From a virus (taxonomy: Duplodnaviria; Caudoviricetes), in IMG/VR virus record IMGVR_UViG_3300032320_001009, positions 25,244 through 89,243 of that record: a stretch of 64,000 nucleotides of DNA; one strand, written 5' to 3'. The stretch's first letter is position 1; the number at the start of each line of letters is the position of its first letter. The position numbers were made by a program, and so were the translations under genes. The notes under the pieces are model-generated. The model had not been told where the DNA came from, did not search any database, and was given only the letters and a program-made list of their open reading frames with translations. Of the stretch, positions 10,663 to 19,981 are shown one piece after another.

Positions 10663-12203
10663 TGGCTGACGAAACACCCGTAACGGTTGACTATACAAAT
10701 CGAGATTACTACGCAATTCGTTCTGAATTGATTGCTCGTATTCAAGACAGAATCCCCGATTGGGCTGGAAACGACAACGCTGACTTTGGCCTTGCTTTAG
10801 TAGAAGCGTTTGCCTACATGGGGGACATCGCTAACTATTACATTGACCGAGTTGCAAATGAGCAGTTTATTGCCACAGCAACCCAACGCGACACAATTTT
10901 AGCAATTGCAGAAACTTATGGATATGCTCCATCAGGTTACAAGAACGCTACTACTTTTGTTACCTTTTACAACAACTCAGGAAGTATTGTAACAATTCCT
11001 GCAGGAACTCGTATACAAGGCGAAGTTATTACTGATACCTCAGTTAAAGTAATTACCTACTCAACCTTAGAAACTATTCAAGTTCCAGCATTTGCTAGTG
11101 GTGCACGAGGTGAAGAGTTCACCCTTTGCGAAGAGGGAGAGTACAACACTGTTGAAGCAGGGAATGTTTATGGTGCTTTGCTGGGTAGTTCTGATGGAAC
11201 ATCAGACCAAACATTTGATATTGATGACGACCCTGTAGTAGCCGACAGTATTGAGGTGTATGTTGAAAGTGGAAACACCTTTAAAAAGTGGACTAAAGTC
11301 CAACATTTAATTGACTTTGGACCAAATGACAGCGTGTTTACAACTCGTTACGATAAAAATAATCGACTTTTTGTTTTGTTTGGAGACGGTATCTCTGGAG
11401 CAATCCCTACTGTTCACGCAGCAGTTCGTGTTAAATACACTGTCGGAGGTGGAAGTGTAGGAAATGTTGCAGCAGGAACACTCGATAACCTTGTATATGT
11501 TCCAGGACTTTCTGAGGCTCAAATTGCTGCACTTTCAGGTGTAATAGATGTAGCCAATCTTGACTCTGCAACAGGCGGTTCAGACCCTGAATCAAATGAT
11601 TCTATTCGCCGTAATGCTCCAAAGTTTCTTCGTACAACAGGTCGTGCAATCACTTTAGAAGACTACGAGAACCTTGCTCTTTCTGTAGATAACTGCGGTA
11701 AAGCAAAGGCTGTATCTAGCGGTTGGACATCAGTAACTTTGTACATTGCACCAGAACGTGATGACAATGATGGTGACGCAACCCCAGGTGTAGATAACGT
11801 GGGTGCTGCAACTATTGAATGGACAAACCTTCGCGACACCGTTGTCTCTTTCTTATCGGATAGAACTTTGGCTGGAGTATCTTTAACTATTACACGTCCA
11901 ACTTATGTTCCAGTAACTATGAACATTCAATACGCACGTGACCCTCAATACACAACAGCAGTAGCAGAGGGCAACCTTCGTTCTGCTTTAGTTGATAACT
12001 TTAGTTATAACTACGTTAATTTTGGCGAACTTGTTACTGCTCAAGACATTGAATTTGTTGTGCAAAACATTCCTGGAATTACACGAGCCAAATGTCAGTT
12101 CCTCTTTAAGAGTGGTGGCACACCAAGCCTTTCTCAGATTCAAGCACTTGATAATGAGGTTCTTGTATTTAGCGAAGCAGATATTCTTCTTGAGGTCTTG
12201 TAA
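10662..12203 (+). CDS. Baseplate J-like wedge protein
   Basis: VDYTNRDY, FGDGISG, GGSDPES, RAITLEDY. Confidence 0.9.
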   Translation: MADETPVTVDYTNRDYYAIRSELIARIQDRIPDWAGNDNADFGLALVEAFAYMGDIANYYIDRVANEQFIATATQRDTILAIAETYGYAPSGYKNATTFVTFYNNSGSIVTIPAGTRIQGEVITDTSVKVITYSTLETIQVPAFASGARGEEFTLCEEGEYNTVEAGNVYGALLGSSDGTSDQTFDIDDDPVVADSIEVYVESGNTFKKWTKVQHLIDFGPNDSVFTTRYDKNNRLFVLFGDGISGAIPTVHAAVRVKYTVGGGSVGNVAAGTLDNLVYVPGLSEAQIAALSGVIDVANLDSATGGSDPESNDSIRRNAPKFLRTTGRAITLEDYENLALSVDNCGKAKAVSSGWTSVTLYIAPERDDNDGDATPGVDNVGAATIEWTNLRDTVVSFLSDRTLAGVSLTITRPTYVPVTMNIQYARDPQYTTAVAEGNLRSALVDNFSYNYVNFGELVTAQDIEFVVQNIPGITRAKCQFLFKSGGTPSLSQIQALDNEVLVFSEADILLEVL

Positions 12204-12703
12204 TGAATGGAGACTCCCTTAAGTTTTACGGGATATACCGTGGGGTTGTCATGAAGAATAAAGACCCAGAAGGTCACCGCCGTATACAGGTAAAGATTCC
12301 ACAACTTGGTGGAGGCGAAACCATTACACAAGACTGGCCTTGGGCTTGGCCTCTTTTTGTTGCTGGGCAACGCCCATACATTCCTGAAGTTGGAGAGGGT
12401 GTTTGGATTCAGTTTGAGGCAGGTGACCCTGCTTACCCAATTTGGATAGGTTCATTTGGTAAAAACTTACAACAGAATAGGCACATCAATATTGAGCCTG
12501 TTCCCAATACTGTTGACCTAGCCCCACTAACTGGGTATGTAACGGTGGCTCGTCAAAATGACGGGACTAATGAAGTTGACCTTATGGCAACCATTTTGGC
12601 TATGGCTAATAAAATCAAGGTTTTAGAGACAAGCCTGGCTCAAGTTAAAACTACATTGGCTACTAGAACTACACAAAACCATACCCACACCAGCAATGGT
12701 TAG
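12203..12703 (+). CDS. Baseplate spike (gp5/gpV OB-fold)
   Basis: YRGVV..NKDPE..RIQVKIP, PEVGEGVWIQFEAGDP.YPIW; C-term HTH residues (NHTHT). Confidence 0.85.
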   Translation: MNGDSLKFYGIYRGVVMKNKDPEGHRRIQVKIPQLGGGETITQDWPWAWPLFVAGQRPYIPEVGEGVWIQFEAGDPAYPIWIGSFGKNLQQNRHINIEPVPNTVDLAPLTGYVTVARQNDGTNEVDLMATILAMANKIKVLETSLAQVKTTLATRTTQNHTHTSNG

Positions 12704-12765
12704 TGGTTAAGGCAGTCAAACCTCTTTAAACCCGAGAAAATAGCAAGGTAGATTAGGAGAAAACA

Positions 12766-13431
12766 ATGCCCGCTGTATACCCATCAGGGGTCAAGTCCTT
12801 TCAAAGTAAAACGGACTTTACCGACATCATTTTGGCAGAGCACGTTAATGCTATCCAAGAAGAAATTACTGCAATTGAAGCATCGGTTGGTGTATCACCA
12901 AACGTATCGGGCGGATATGTAGGTGCATTTGATGACACCACAGTTACCTTTGCAACCCTTTCTGCTCGCATTGCTAACATCGAAAAAGGTATCAAAGGCG
13001 ATGTACATAATCAATACCTAAAATTTACTGGTGGCACAATTCAGCCAGCCAACTCTGGCACAGTTCCCCTTACCCTCCAAGGATTTACTAGCCAAGCAGC
13101 AGACTTGCTTAGATTTACAACATCTGCTGGTTCGGTTTTAACCAAAATTGATAAAGATGGAAAAGTAATTGTCAATAACCAAGAACTAAAGCCAATTCTT
13201 ATGGGGTCTACCCAACCAGATGCTGTTGCTCTTGGATTACCTACAGGAACAATTTGGGTTGATTCAGACTCAACTCCTGCCGTACTTGCTGCCGATACAA
13301 CACTACAAATCACAGGAGGAACCCTTACAGGAGACCAAGCACTTACATCCCGTCTTCGTAACATCACGGTCTCAACTTCAGACCCAACTGGTGGTAATAA
13401 CGGAGACATCTGGATTAAGTACATCGCGTAA
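12766..13431 (+). CDS. Tail fibre proximal protein
   Basis: C-term STSDPTGGNNGDIWIKY fibre motif; baseplate context. Confidence 0.6.
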   Translation: MPAVYPSGVKSFQSKTDFTDIILAEHVNAIQEEITAIEASVGVSPNVSGGYVGAFDDTTVTFATLSARIANIEKGIKGDVHNQYLKFTGGTIQPANSGTVPLTLQGFTSQAADLLRFTTSAGSVLTKIDKDGKVIVNNQELKPILMGSTQPDAVALGLPTGTIWVDSDSTPAVLAADTTLQITGGTLTGDQALTSRLRNITVSTSDPTGGNNGDIWIKYIA

Positions 13432-13440
13432 GGGATACAC

Positions 13441-14664
13441 ATGGCTATCGGCTCTAGAGTATCGGGTAACCTTAAGTCTGCTTCTGGGCTATTTGCAAAA
13501 GTAAATGGCGGTTGGAAGAAGGCTCAATTCGGCTATGTAAAAGTTGAAGGTGAGTGGAAGCAATTTTGGGCAGACAAATTAGAGGATGACTTTGGTCGAG
13601 CAAATACGCAAAGTGGTTTAGGTGTTGCAATTTCTGGTCAGGCTTGGTCTGTCTTAAGAAGTTTGTGGCAAATTAAAGATAACGCTGCTAATACTACAGG
13701 AACTAAAACAGACTACCCATTAGCGAATGTTGAATTAGGATTTATAGATTTTGAACTTGAAGCAAACGAATTAACGCCAGGAACAGGTGTTGCAGTACGT
13801 GTTGAAGACGCAAACAACTGGTGGGGAGTTCTTCCGTTTTACAACCAAACTGCTGAGTCTTACTCATACTGTGTTCAATCTGAAACTGTTTCGTACTGTA
13901 TTCAAGCATGTACTGAACCCTACGATTACACTTTGCGGTGTGACCCGCCCAATACTTTAACTTCAGGGGACATTTACGACTTTTATTGTCCTGCTGGTTA
14001 TGTAATTGGTGAACGAATTGAGTTAGTTGACACGGGTGAGGTCGGATGTACTGGAGGCGGGTACGTCTTAGAGTGCGAAGACGTAGAGACTTGCGTAAAC
14101 AAATGTGTTAAATATGGCTCACGTGGACAATGTATTGACAGAGATATTGTCTGTACCACTAAACGCGTCTGTGGTTATGTCAAGCAAGAACCAGTCTGTG
14201 AGCCCATCTTTGAGGAACGAATCGTAGAGTTTGAGTACTGCCCAGGTGGTGAGGCATACGGTGTAGTGGGAAGTTACCAGGAGTGTGGTCCCGATGGATT
14301 TACTAATGTTCCTTTGTACGCTTGTTGCTTTGCTGGCACTTATGAAAGATGCGTTCAATCAGCCACAGGAATTAACTACACAAATTTCTACTATTTACAG
14401 GTAGTTAAAATGGTTGACGGTGTTTTTTCTGTTGTAAGTTCTGTTGAAGTCCCTTCTCGATGGAGTGCCGTAAAGGTTGTAGGAAACCTCAACACTTTGA
14501 CTGCAACGGCGTATACTGACAGCCTATACACAAATGCTATAGGCACATTTACTACAAACACCTTTACTTCAGCGGGTACGGGATATGGGGTAATGTCACG
14601 TGCAAGTAATTTTGAAGATGCTCGTACAATAGGTTCGATAAAAGTAAAAGCGTTAGGACAATAA
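13441..14664 (+). CDS. Tail fibre/receptor-binding protein: beta-sandwich with an 18-Cys insertion
   Basis: N-term AKVNGGWKK..YVKVEGEWK; lectin-like strands flank a 170-aa Cys-rich segment. Confidence 0.6.
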   Translation: MAIGSRVSGNLKSASGLFAKVNGGWKKAQFGYVKVEGEWKQFWADKLEDDFGRANTQSGLGVAISGQAWSVLRSLWQIKDNAANTTGTKTDYPLANVELGFIDFELEANELTPGTGVAVRVEDANNWWGVLPFYNQTAESYSYCVQSETVSYCIQACTEPYDYTLRCDPPNTLTSGDIYDFYCPAGYVIGERIELVDTGEVGCTGGGYVLECEDVETCVNKCVKYGSRGQCIDRDIVCTTKRVCGYVKQEPVCEPIFEERIVEFEYCPGGEAYGVVGSYQECGPDGFTNVPLYACCFAGTYERCVQSATGINYTNFYYLQVVKMVDGVFSVVSSVEVPSRWSAVKVVGNLNTLTATAYTDSLYTNAIGTFTTNTFTSAGTGYGVMSRASNFEDARTIGSIKVKALGQ

Positions 14665-14665
14665 T

Positions 14666-14947
14666 ATGGAAAAAAGACCTTGGGATATTTGGAAAGAAAA
14701 ACAGGCTGGTGACTCTGTTCGTCCTTGGGATTTAGTTAACCCAAAAATTGGAAGGGTAGATGCCGAGACTTACGAGTATAGATACACCAACCACTGTTTA
14801 AATTGCCCATTCCTTATTCAAGCCACTAAGACTTGCAAGAAATGCGGTTGCTTTATGACTAAAAAGGCTGAATTGCCTCATGCTTCATGCCCCATAGGTA
14901 AATGGGGTTCTGTTACAGTATCTACCGAAGGAGAATCAAATGACTGA
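14666..14947 (+). CDS. DUF6171-like Cys-rich protein
   Basis: CLNCP..CKKCGCF..K...HASCPIGKW. Confidence 0.7.
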   Translation: MEKRPWDIWKEKQAGDSVRPWDLVNPKIGRVDAETYEYRYTNHCLNCPFLIQATKTCKKCGCFMTKKAELPHASCPIGKWGSVTVSTEGESND

Positions 14948-15170
14948 ACAAATCACCAGAAAAATCACACCTAGCAATCCAGACGTAACAAAGAACCTCG
15001 CCTTCATCCTAGATGACGAAGTTGTAATAGTTATGGGCACAGATGAGCGTCACGCTGCTGTATTTCTCAGCAACCCAACAGTTGTAGAGTTTACCCGTGG
15101 TGCTGAAAACAACCCGCAACTTGGTTGGAAATGGGACGGCACAAACTTCACACCACCAGTTAGTGAGTAA
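14940..15170 (+). CDS. Small fibre-associated hypothetical protein
   Basis: LAFILDDEV..GWKWDGTNF. Confidence 0.6.
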   Translation: MTEQITRKITPSNPDVTKNLAFILDDEVVIVMGTDERHAAVFLSNPTVVEFTRGAENNPQLGWKWDGTNFTPPVSE

Positions 15171-15172
15171 CT

Positions 15173-15619
15173 ATGCCTAATTACAGAGAAGTCCGAGTAT
15201 GGAGTGGCACTGAGTGGGAAGCACTAGCAATTGCTTACCCTGACTTAACTGCCTTTGCGAACAAAGGAGCCAGCAATACATTTACAGGAACTAACACCTT
15301 TAACGCTCCGATTGTTCGTCCTGCTCAAGTACCTACAGCCTTTGAAGTAGGAACTGTTAATTTAGTTACCTCTGCTAATGGTGACTCACTTATTATCGGA
15401 ACTAAGAACTTTGATTTAGGACGTTTTACCCAAATTCCTTTTGTTATTGCTACGGTTAACTTTCCAACTACAGGTGTAAATGGGTTTGTAACAGTCAAGA
15501 GTCGCAGTACAACTTCTTTTGGTTATGAAGTAGATATGAACGTCCCCGTTCAAAACAGTAACTCAGGCACAGGTTTTCCTCTCAAGATTACTTATTACGC
15601 TATTCAATTAACTGTGTAG
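15173..15619 (+). CDS. Small tail fibre-like protein
   Basis: VRVWSGTEW, NTFTGTNTF repeat, beta-rich C-terminus. Confidence 0.55.
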   Translation: MPNYREVRVWSGTEWEALAIAYPDLTAFANKGASNTFTGTNTFNAPIVRPAQVPTAFEVGTVNLVTSANGDSLIIGTKNFDLGRFTQIPFVIATVNFPTTGVNGFVTVKSRSTTSFGYEVDMNVPVQNSNSGTGFPLKITYYAIQLTV

Positions 15620-15627
15620 GTGTCTAG

Positions 15628-17838
15628 ATGGCAAAGTATTTAAGTGCTGTCTATCGTGGTGCGGTTTATGGAAACCCTCCTCGCCTTATTTACAATGCAG
15701 AGCCGATGGAGGCTTCTGCCATTGACTACGGGAAACTATCTGTTTATTGGAACTCGCCTTCGGGAAATTTTACAAAAATTCGTCTTGTTAGAAACAACGA
15801 TAATTTTCCTGAAACAGAAGAAGATGGCGTAATTCTGTGGGAACAAGCCTCTACAACTTCTTTAAGCGGTTTAGTAAGTCGCAATAGTTTTGTAGACGGA
15901 GAAGATAACTTTACTGATGGTATAACCTCAAACGACCTTCCTGTAACTCCAGGTCAGTTTATTTATTACACCATTTGGCTTTTTACAAACAACAGCGTTT
16001 GGATTCCTGCTGGTTACGCATCTGCTTTAATGCCAGAAAATCGCGGAAGTCAAAAAACTTTATTTGAAATTTTGCCAAAGGTATACACAAGTCTAGAACA
16101 AAGCCCAACAGGGATTCCAAACCCTAATAGTTTTATATATAACTTTCTTCAAGGATTCTCGTTTACATTTGACCAAACATTAACGTATGCGGAATTAGTA
16201 AAGCCTTCCTACGGTCGTCGTAAAACTCCCCCTACACTTTTGCCCGCATTAGAAAATAGTTTGGGGCTAACCCCAGAGCGTGGTATTCCATATCGTAATC
16301 AAAAGAAGTTAATACGTGAAGCAATTTACCTGTACCAAACTAAAGGAACTCTAACTGGTATCCAAAATTACATCGAAGCATTGAGTGGCTATAACCCAAC
16401 AGTCACCATATCTCCAAACCTTATGCTAGATACCCAAGACTCTTCATTCACTAAATCAATTGGTCGTTGGACACGTACTTACGGAACTTTAACTGCCGTT
16501 AGCAATAAGCCTGGACCAACGGGTACAAATGCAATTGATACTGTGTGGTCAGGTCGCATGGTTACTGCTGTATCAGTTGTTACTTTTAAATCGCGCTTAA
16601 ACAACGTTGCTACATTAACTACAGGTGCTGCTCACGGATTAATTGCAGGTGATTCTGTTGCTGTAACAGGTGTGGATTCTTCATTTAACGGCAATGTCAG
16701 CGTTGTCTCTGTCCCTACCCCAACAACATTTACTTATGCAAATACTGATGTAAATGTCACACAAGTGGCTGCTACAGGTTCCGTGTCTAATACCTCATCA
16801 ATGTCTCTTGGACGCGATAACCCTGTAAAAAACGGTATACCTGTTAATGCAAGCACCTCATATAAGTTTACCTATCACGCTGCTTCAGACTCAAATGGAA
16901 GTCTTGTTGCTCAAATTTTTTGGTTTGATTACTTAGGAGCACAGATTGGCGGTGCTGTTGAAGGCACTGTGTACGGAACTACGGGCGTGTATCAAAGAAT
17001 TGAGCAGACCGCTACCTCTCCTGCAACAGCGGTATACGCAGGTCTTCGAATAATTTTCCGCAATCAAAATTCTTATAACATTGACATGGTTCAATTTGGC
17101 GAAGCAGCAAAGGTCTCTACATTTGATGAGGCTAGAGCATTTGACGTATTTCTTGAACCAAGAAAAGTAAACATTATTGCTAATCCTTCTTTTGAAACAA
17201 ACACCGATAACTGGACAACAAACTCATCAAAAACACGAGTAGCGGATGTACCAGCAGGTTTGCCAGGAGCCTATTCAATGAGGTTATCTGGGCAGAATAG
17301 TTTGGCTGTTTCCGCAAACGCAAACAAAGTCCCAACCACATACAAACTTACAGAGGGACAGTCATACACATTTTCTTGCTACTTAAAAGCATCTGCAGCA
17401 GCATCGGTCAATGTAAACATCACAGCAGTAGATGACAATGGTCCAGGTTCAGTTACAGCAACAACAGTTGCTGCATTAACAACAGTGTGGAAAAGGTACT
17501 ATGTGTCACTCTTTGTACCTGAAGGTCTCTCTGTCAGTGGCAACATCACATTGAGCGTAGGGTTAACAGGCACTCTTACTGGACAAAACGTCTTTATAGA
17601 TGCAGTACAGGTTGAACAATCCTTTACTCCAACTGATTACTTTGATGGCTCACTACCTCAAGACGTAGGTGTTTTCTGGTCAGGAACAGCCCATGCCTCC
17701 TACTCGTATTATTACGTAAACCGTTTGTCTAAGATGCCTCGCATTATTCTGACACTTAAAGACTGGGTTCCTTACAACGCCCCGTACAGAATCCGCTCAT
17801 TTAAGGGTTTAGAAGGCACAAGCGACACAGTGATTTAG
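15628..17838 (+). CDS. Baseplate wedge/tail protein I-like with carbohydrate-binding-like modules
   Basis: LYQTKGTLTG motif; NPSFET..W, YTFSCYLK, DAVQVE and YFDG. Confidence 0.7.
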   Translation: MAKYLSAVYRGAVYGNPPRLIYNAEPMEASAIDYGKLSVYWNSPSGNFTKIRLVRNNDNFPETEEDGVILWEQASTTSLSGLVSRNSFVDGEDNFTDGITSNDLPVTPGQFIYYTIWLFTNNSVWIPAGYASALMPENRGSQKTLFEILPKVYTSLEQSPTGIPNPNSFIYNFLQGFSFTFDQTLTYAELVKPSYGRRKTPPTLLPALENSLGLTPERGIPYRNQKKLIREAIYLYQTKGTLTGIQNYIEALSGYNPTVTISPNLMLDTQDSSFTKSIGRWTRTYGTLTAVSNKPGPTGTNAIDTVWSGRMVTAVSVVTFKSRLNNVATLTTGAAHGLIAGDSVAVTGVDSSFNGNVSVVSVPTPTTFTYANTDVNVTQVAATGSVSNTSSMSLGRDNPVKNGIPVNASTSYKFTYHAASDSNGSLVAQIFWFDYLGAQIGGAVEGTVYGTTGVYQRIEQTATSPATAVYAGLRIIFRNQNSYNIDMVQFGEAAKVSTFDEARAFDVFLEPRKVNIIANPSFETNTDNWTTNSSKTRVADVPAGLPGAYSMRLSGQNSLAVSANANKVPTTYKLTEGQSYTFSCYLKASAAASVNVNITAVDDNGPGSVTATTVAALTTVWKRYYVSLFVPEGLSVSGNITLSVGLTGTLTGQNVFIDAVQVEQSFTPTDYFDGSLPQDVGVFWSGTAHASYSYYYVNRLSKMPRIILTLKDWVPYNAPYRIRSFKGLEGTSDTVI

Positions 17839-17856
17839 TTTTGGCGGGGAAAGTAG

Positions 17857-17862
17857 TACTCT
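17857..17862 (+). promoter_or_regulatory. Candidate -10 box (TACTCT) for a leaderless mRNA
   Basis: TAnnnT exactly 6 nt before ATG 17869; no SD sequence. Confidence 0.45.
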
Positions 17863-17868
17863 CCTCCC

Positions 17869-18120
17869 ATGACCACACTAATCGACATCCTCATCACAGC
17901 CCTAGGAGTTTCATACTTCGTAGGACTTATCGACACCTTCATCGACCTTAGAAAACTCAAGGGAATTATTGGGTTGCCCTTTTCTGTAGGCATCCTGTAC
18001 ATCATGGGTTACTTGCCACTTGATTTCTTGGTGCTTGCCCCCGCATCTACATTTGTAGCACTAGGCATTACAATGCTCCTTGACCGCCCAGCAATAATCC
18101 AAGCCCCAAGGAGATTTTAA
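17869..18120 (+). CDS. Small membrane protein (possible holin)
   Basis: Three hydrophobic segments in 83 aa. Confidence 0.5.
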   Translation: MTTLIDILITALGVSYFVGLIDTFIDLRKLKGIIGLPFSVGILYIMGYLPLDFLVLAPASTFVALGITMLLDRPAIIQAPRRF

Positions 18121-18584
18121 TGCGACTACTAATTATCGGCTCAGCAGATGACATTGATGTAACTATGGGTTTGCGAACGCTCTTAGACAAAAAGCCTTTC
18201 ACAGAAATTCTTTTGCCAGATGCAGAGCCAAATGAAACCTACGACCAGATTATGATGACCGCTTCAGAACGCGGTATTCCCGTCCGCCAGGGAGGTCAAA
18301 CTGATTCCTTAATGAACGACCTTCAAGACGATGACGTAGTAGCAATTGCGTGGGATGACTCAGAGGAAGCCTTTGAAGCCGTCTTACATCTTGGCGGAGG
18401 TAGAACAGAACTCTGGGATATTGCAGATGGGCTATCCATCATCGACGTTGAGACAGAAGCCCTTGAAGAACATTTGAGCCACGTCATTGAAGATTTCGTT
18501 GACTCCCTGACTGCAGTTGTCTACAAAATGGTTATGGACAACATCAACGGGGAGGGTCGGTTTAAATACCGCAAGCCTGAATGA
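18120..18584 (+). CDS. Acidic hypothetical protein
   Basis: 154-aa ORF coupled at both ends. Confidence 0.6.
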   Translation: MRLLIIGSADDIDVTMGLRTLLDKKPFTEILLPDAEPNETYDQIMMTASERGIPVRQGGQTDSLMNDLQDDDVVAIAWDDSEEAFEAVLHLGGGRTELWDIADGLSIIDVETEALEEHLSHVIEDFVDSLTAVVYKMVMDNINGEGRFKYRKPE

Positions 18585-19540
18585 GTCAAGAACTAACCCA
18601 CCACCAATTCCGACTACTTGTAATCATCAACTCCTTAGCCGACTCCAAAGGGGTCGTGGAGACCTCGGTCGCCCACCTTGGGGAACTTACCTCAACCAAG
18701 AGCGATTCTCATGTCAGAGCCTCTCTCAAGGCTTTAGAGGGGCACGGTTATCTCGTAGCGCAACGGCGAAAAAGAAACCTTGGCAAGTACACAACAAGTC
18801 GCTACACCCTTTCACCATCGCCTCTACAGAGTCTATGGCAAGGTACACCACCGCCTCCACAGAGGCGAACAACAACTGGTACAGATGGCTATGTGCTTAA
18901 GTCAATAAGTCATAAGCCATTAGTACCTAATACTAATAAGTTAATAAGTTATGAAAATATAAAAATACTCAAAATCGATGAGGAAACAATGAATCGTAAA
19001 TGGCGAGATGAACAAGAGTCCGACGAGTCAATCGGTGGAATCGGCAAGTTGGACACCGAGGAAACCGCCGAGTCCGTGCCCCGCAACAATCCAAAGACAC
19101 GAGGCAAAAGACCACAAGAGCATTGGACAGTCCGCGATGTGGCTGCAGAGTTTTCCTTTCTGGTCGGGCGACGCTTCCCATGGTTGCCAGGAACGGTCAA
19201 CGTCTACAACTTGTCGGGTGCATTAGCCAAGATGCGAAAGACGCACCAAACGACAGCCCTGGTCGAACTAGAGTTGTTAAAGATGTTTATGGCAGATGAG
19301 AGCAACTTTAAGAACGTTGGCAATGAAGCACCACACTTGTATAAAGTTTATTTGGCAATGTTTAGAACTCACATGAATAAGGCTCGGGAGAACCTAGGTC
19401 TTAATCGTCTTGGCGACATGAGCCAAGAACCAGTCGTTGAAAGTGAGGACATGCTTTATGCTTCCGACGGTACGGCATTCCACAACACCCTGCTAGGGCG
19501 CAATGCGTTGGAGCGATATGAAAGGAAACTCAATGCCTAA
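18581..19540 (+). CDS. Replication initiator-like protein (N-terminal winged HTH)
   Basis: N-term HTH (VRASLKALEGHGYL), linker with repeats; DnaC-like gene downstream. Confidence 0.65.
   Translation: MSQELTHHQFRLLVIINSLADSKGVVETSVAHLGELTSTKSDSHVRASLKALEGHGYLVAQRRKRNLGKYTTSRYTLSPSPLQSLWQGTPPPPQRRTTTGTDGYVLKSISHKPLVPNTNKLISYENIKILKIDEETMNRKWRDEQESDESIGGIGKLDTEETAESVPRNNPKTRGKRPQEHWTVRDVAAEFSFLVGRRFPWLPGTVNVYNLSGALAKMRKTHQTTALVELELLKMFMADESNFKNVGNEAPHLYKVYLAMFRTHMNKARENLGLNRLGDMSQEPVVESEDMLYASDGTAFHNTLLGRNALERYERKLNA
18813..18975. other. Candidate replication origin inside the initiator gene
   Basis: Two 19-bp direct repeats (17/19 identical) 33 bp apart, then an AT-rich AATAAGT-repeat tract. 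Confidence 0.5.
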
Positions 19541-19703
19541 GTATGACTTCAAATGCGACACCTGCGAAGGAAGCGTTGTAGAGATGCACTTGTCTTTTGA
19601 TTCAACAGAGCGTCCTTCTTGCGACCGTTGTGGCAATCCTATGAGCAAAGTATTTACACCACCTGCAGTTCAATTCAAGGGAGGAGGTTGGGGCGGACAA
19701 TGA
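19533..19703 (+). CDS. FmdB-family zinc-ribbon protein
   Basis: MPKYDFKCDTC..CDRCG..MSKVFTPPAVQFKGGGW. Confidence 0.85.
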   Translation: MPKYDFKCDTCEGSVVEMHLSFDSTERPSCDRCGNPMSKVFTPPAVQFKGGGWGGQ

Positions 19704-19783
19704 ACCTCACACTTATTCTTGGAATTTTAATTGGCATCCCAATCGGTTGGCTTATCTACGAATTATTTATGGGTGACAACTAG
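19700..19783 (+). CDS. 27-aa single-TM peptide
   Basis: MNLTLILGILIGIPIGWLIYELFMGDN*; coupled ATGA and TAGATG; not in the ORF track. Confidence 0.6.
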   Translation: MNLTLILGILIGIPIGWLIYELFMGDN

Positions 19784-19981
19784 ATGCCTAAGAAAAAGCC
19801 AACACTTCCAGTACTTGCTATTGTTGAGATGCCAGCATGGAAAGCAAAGATTATTGACATTGTTACAAGTATTTTGTTTCCAGGAGAAAAGTACTTTGTA
19901 CTAACATTTCAGGAAACAGGTATTACATCAAACGGCAAAGGCAAGTACACAGACGACAAGGGAGTAACAGTTGACGTATAA
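19784..19981 (+). CDS. Hypothetical protein
   Basis: 65-aa coupled ORF. Confidence 0.55.
   Translation: MPKKKPTLPVLAIVEMPAWKAKIIDIVTSILFPGEKYFVLTFQETGITSNGKGKYTDDKGVTVDV

Noticed and set aside
1632-12703. Sheath, tube, LysM, gp25, J and spike cluster as an eCIS/tailocin or T6SS
   Set aside because: It is contiguous with phage replication genes, an integrase and fibre genes, so it is a phage tail.
13441-15619. Diversity-generating retroelement acting on fibres
   Set aside because: No reverse transcriptase and no TR/VR repeat pair seen.
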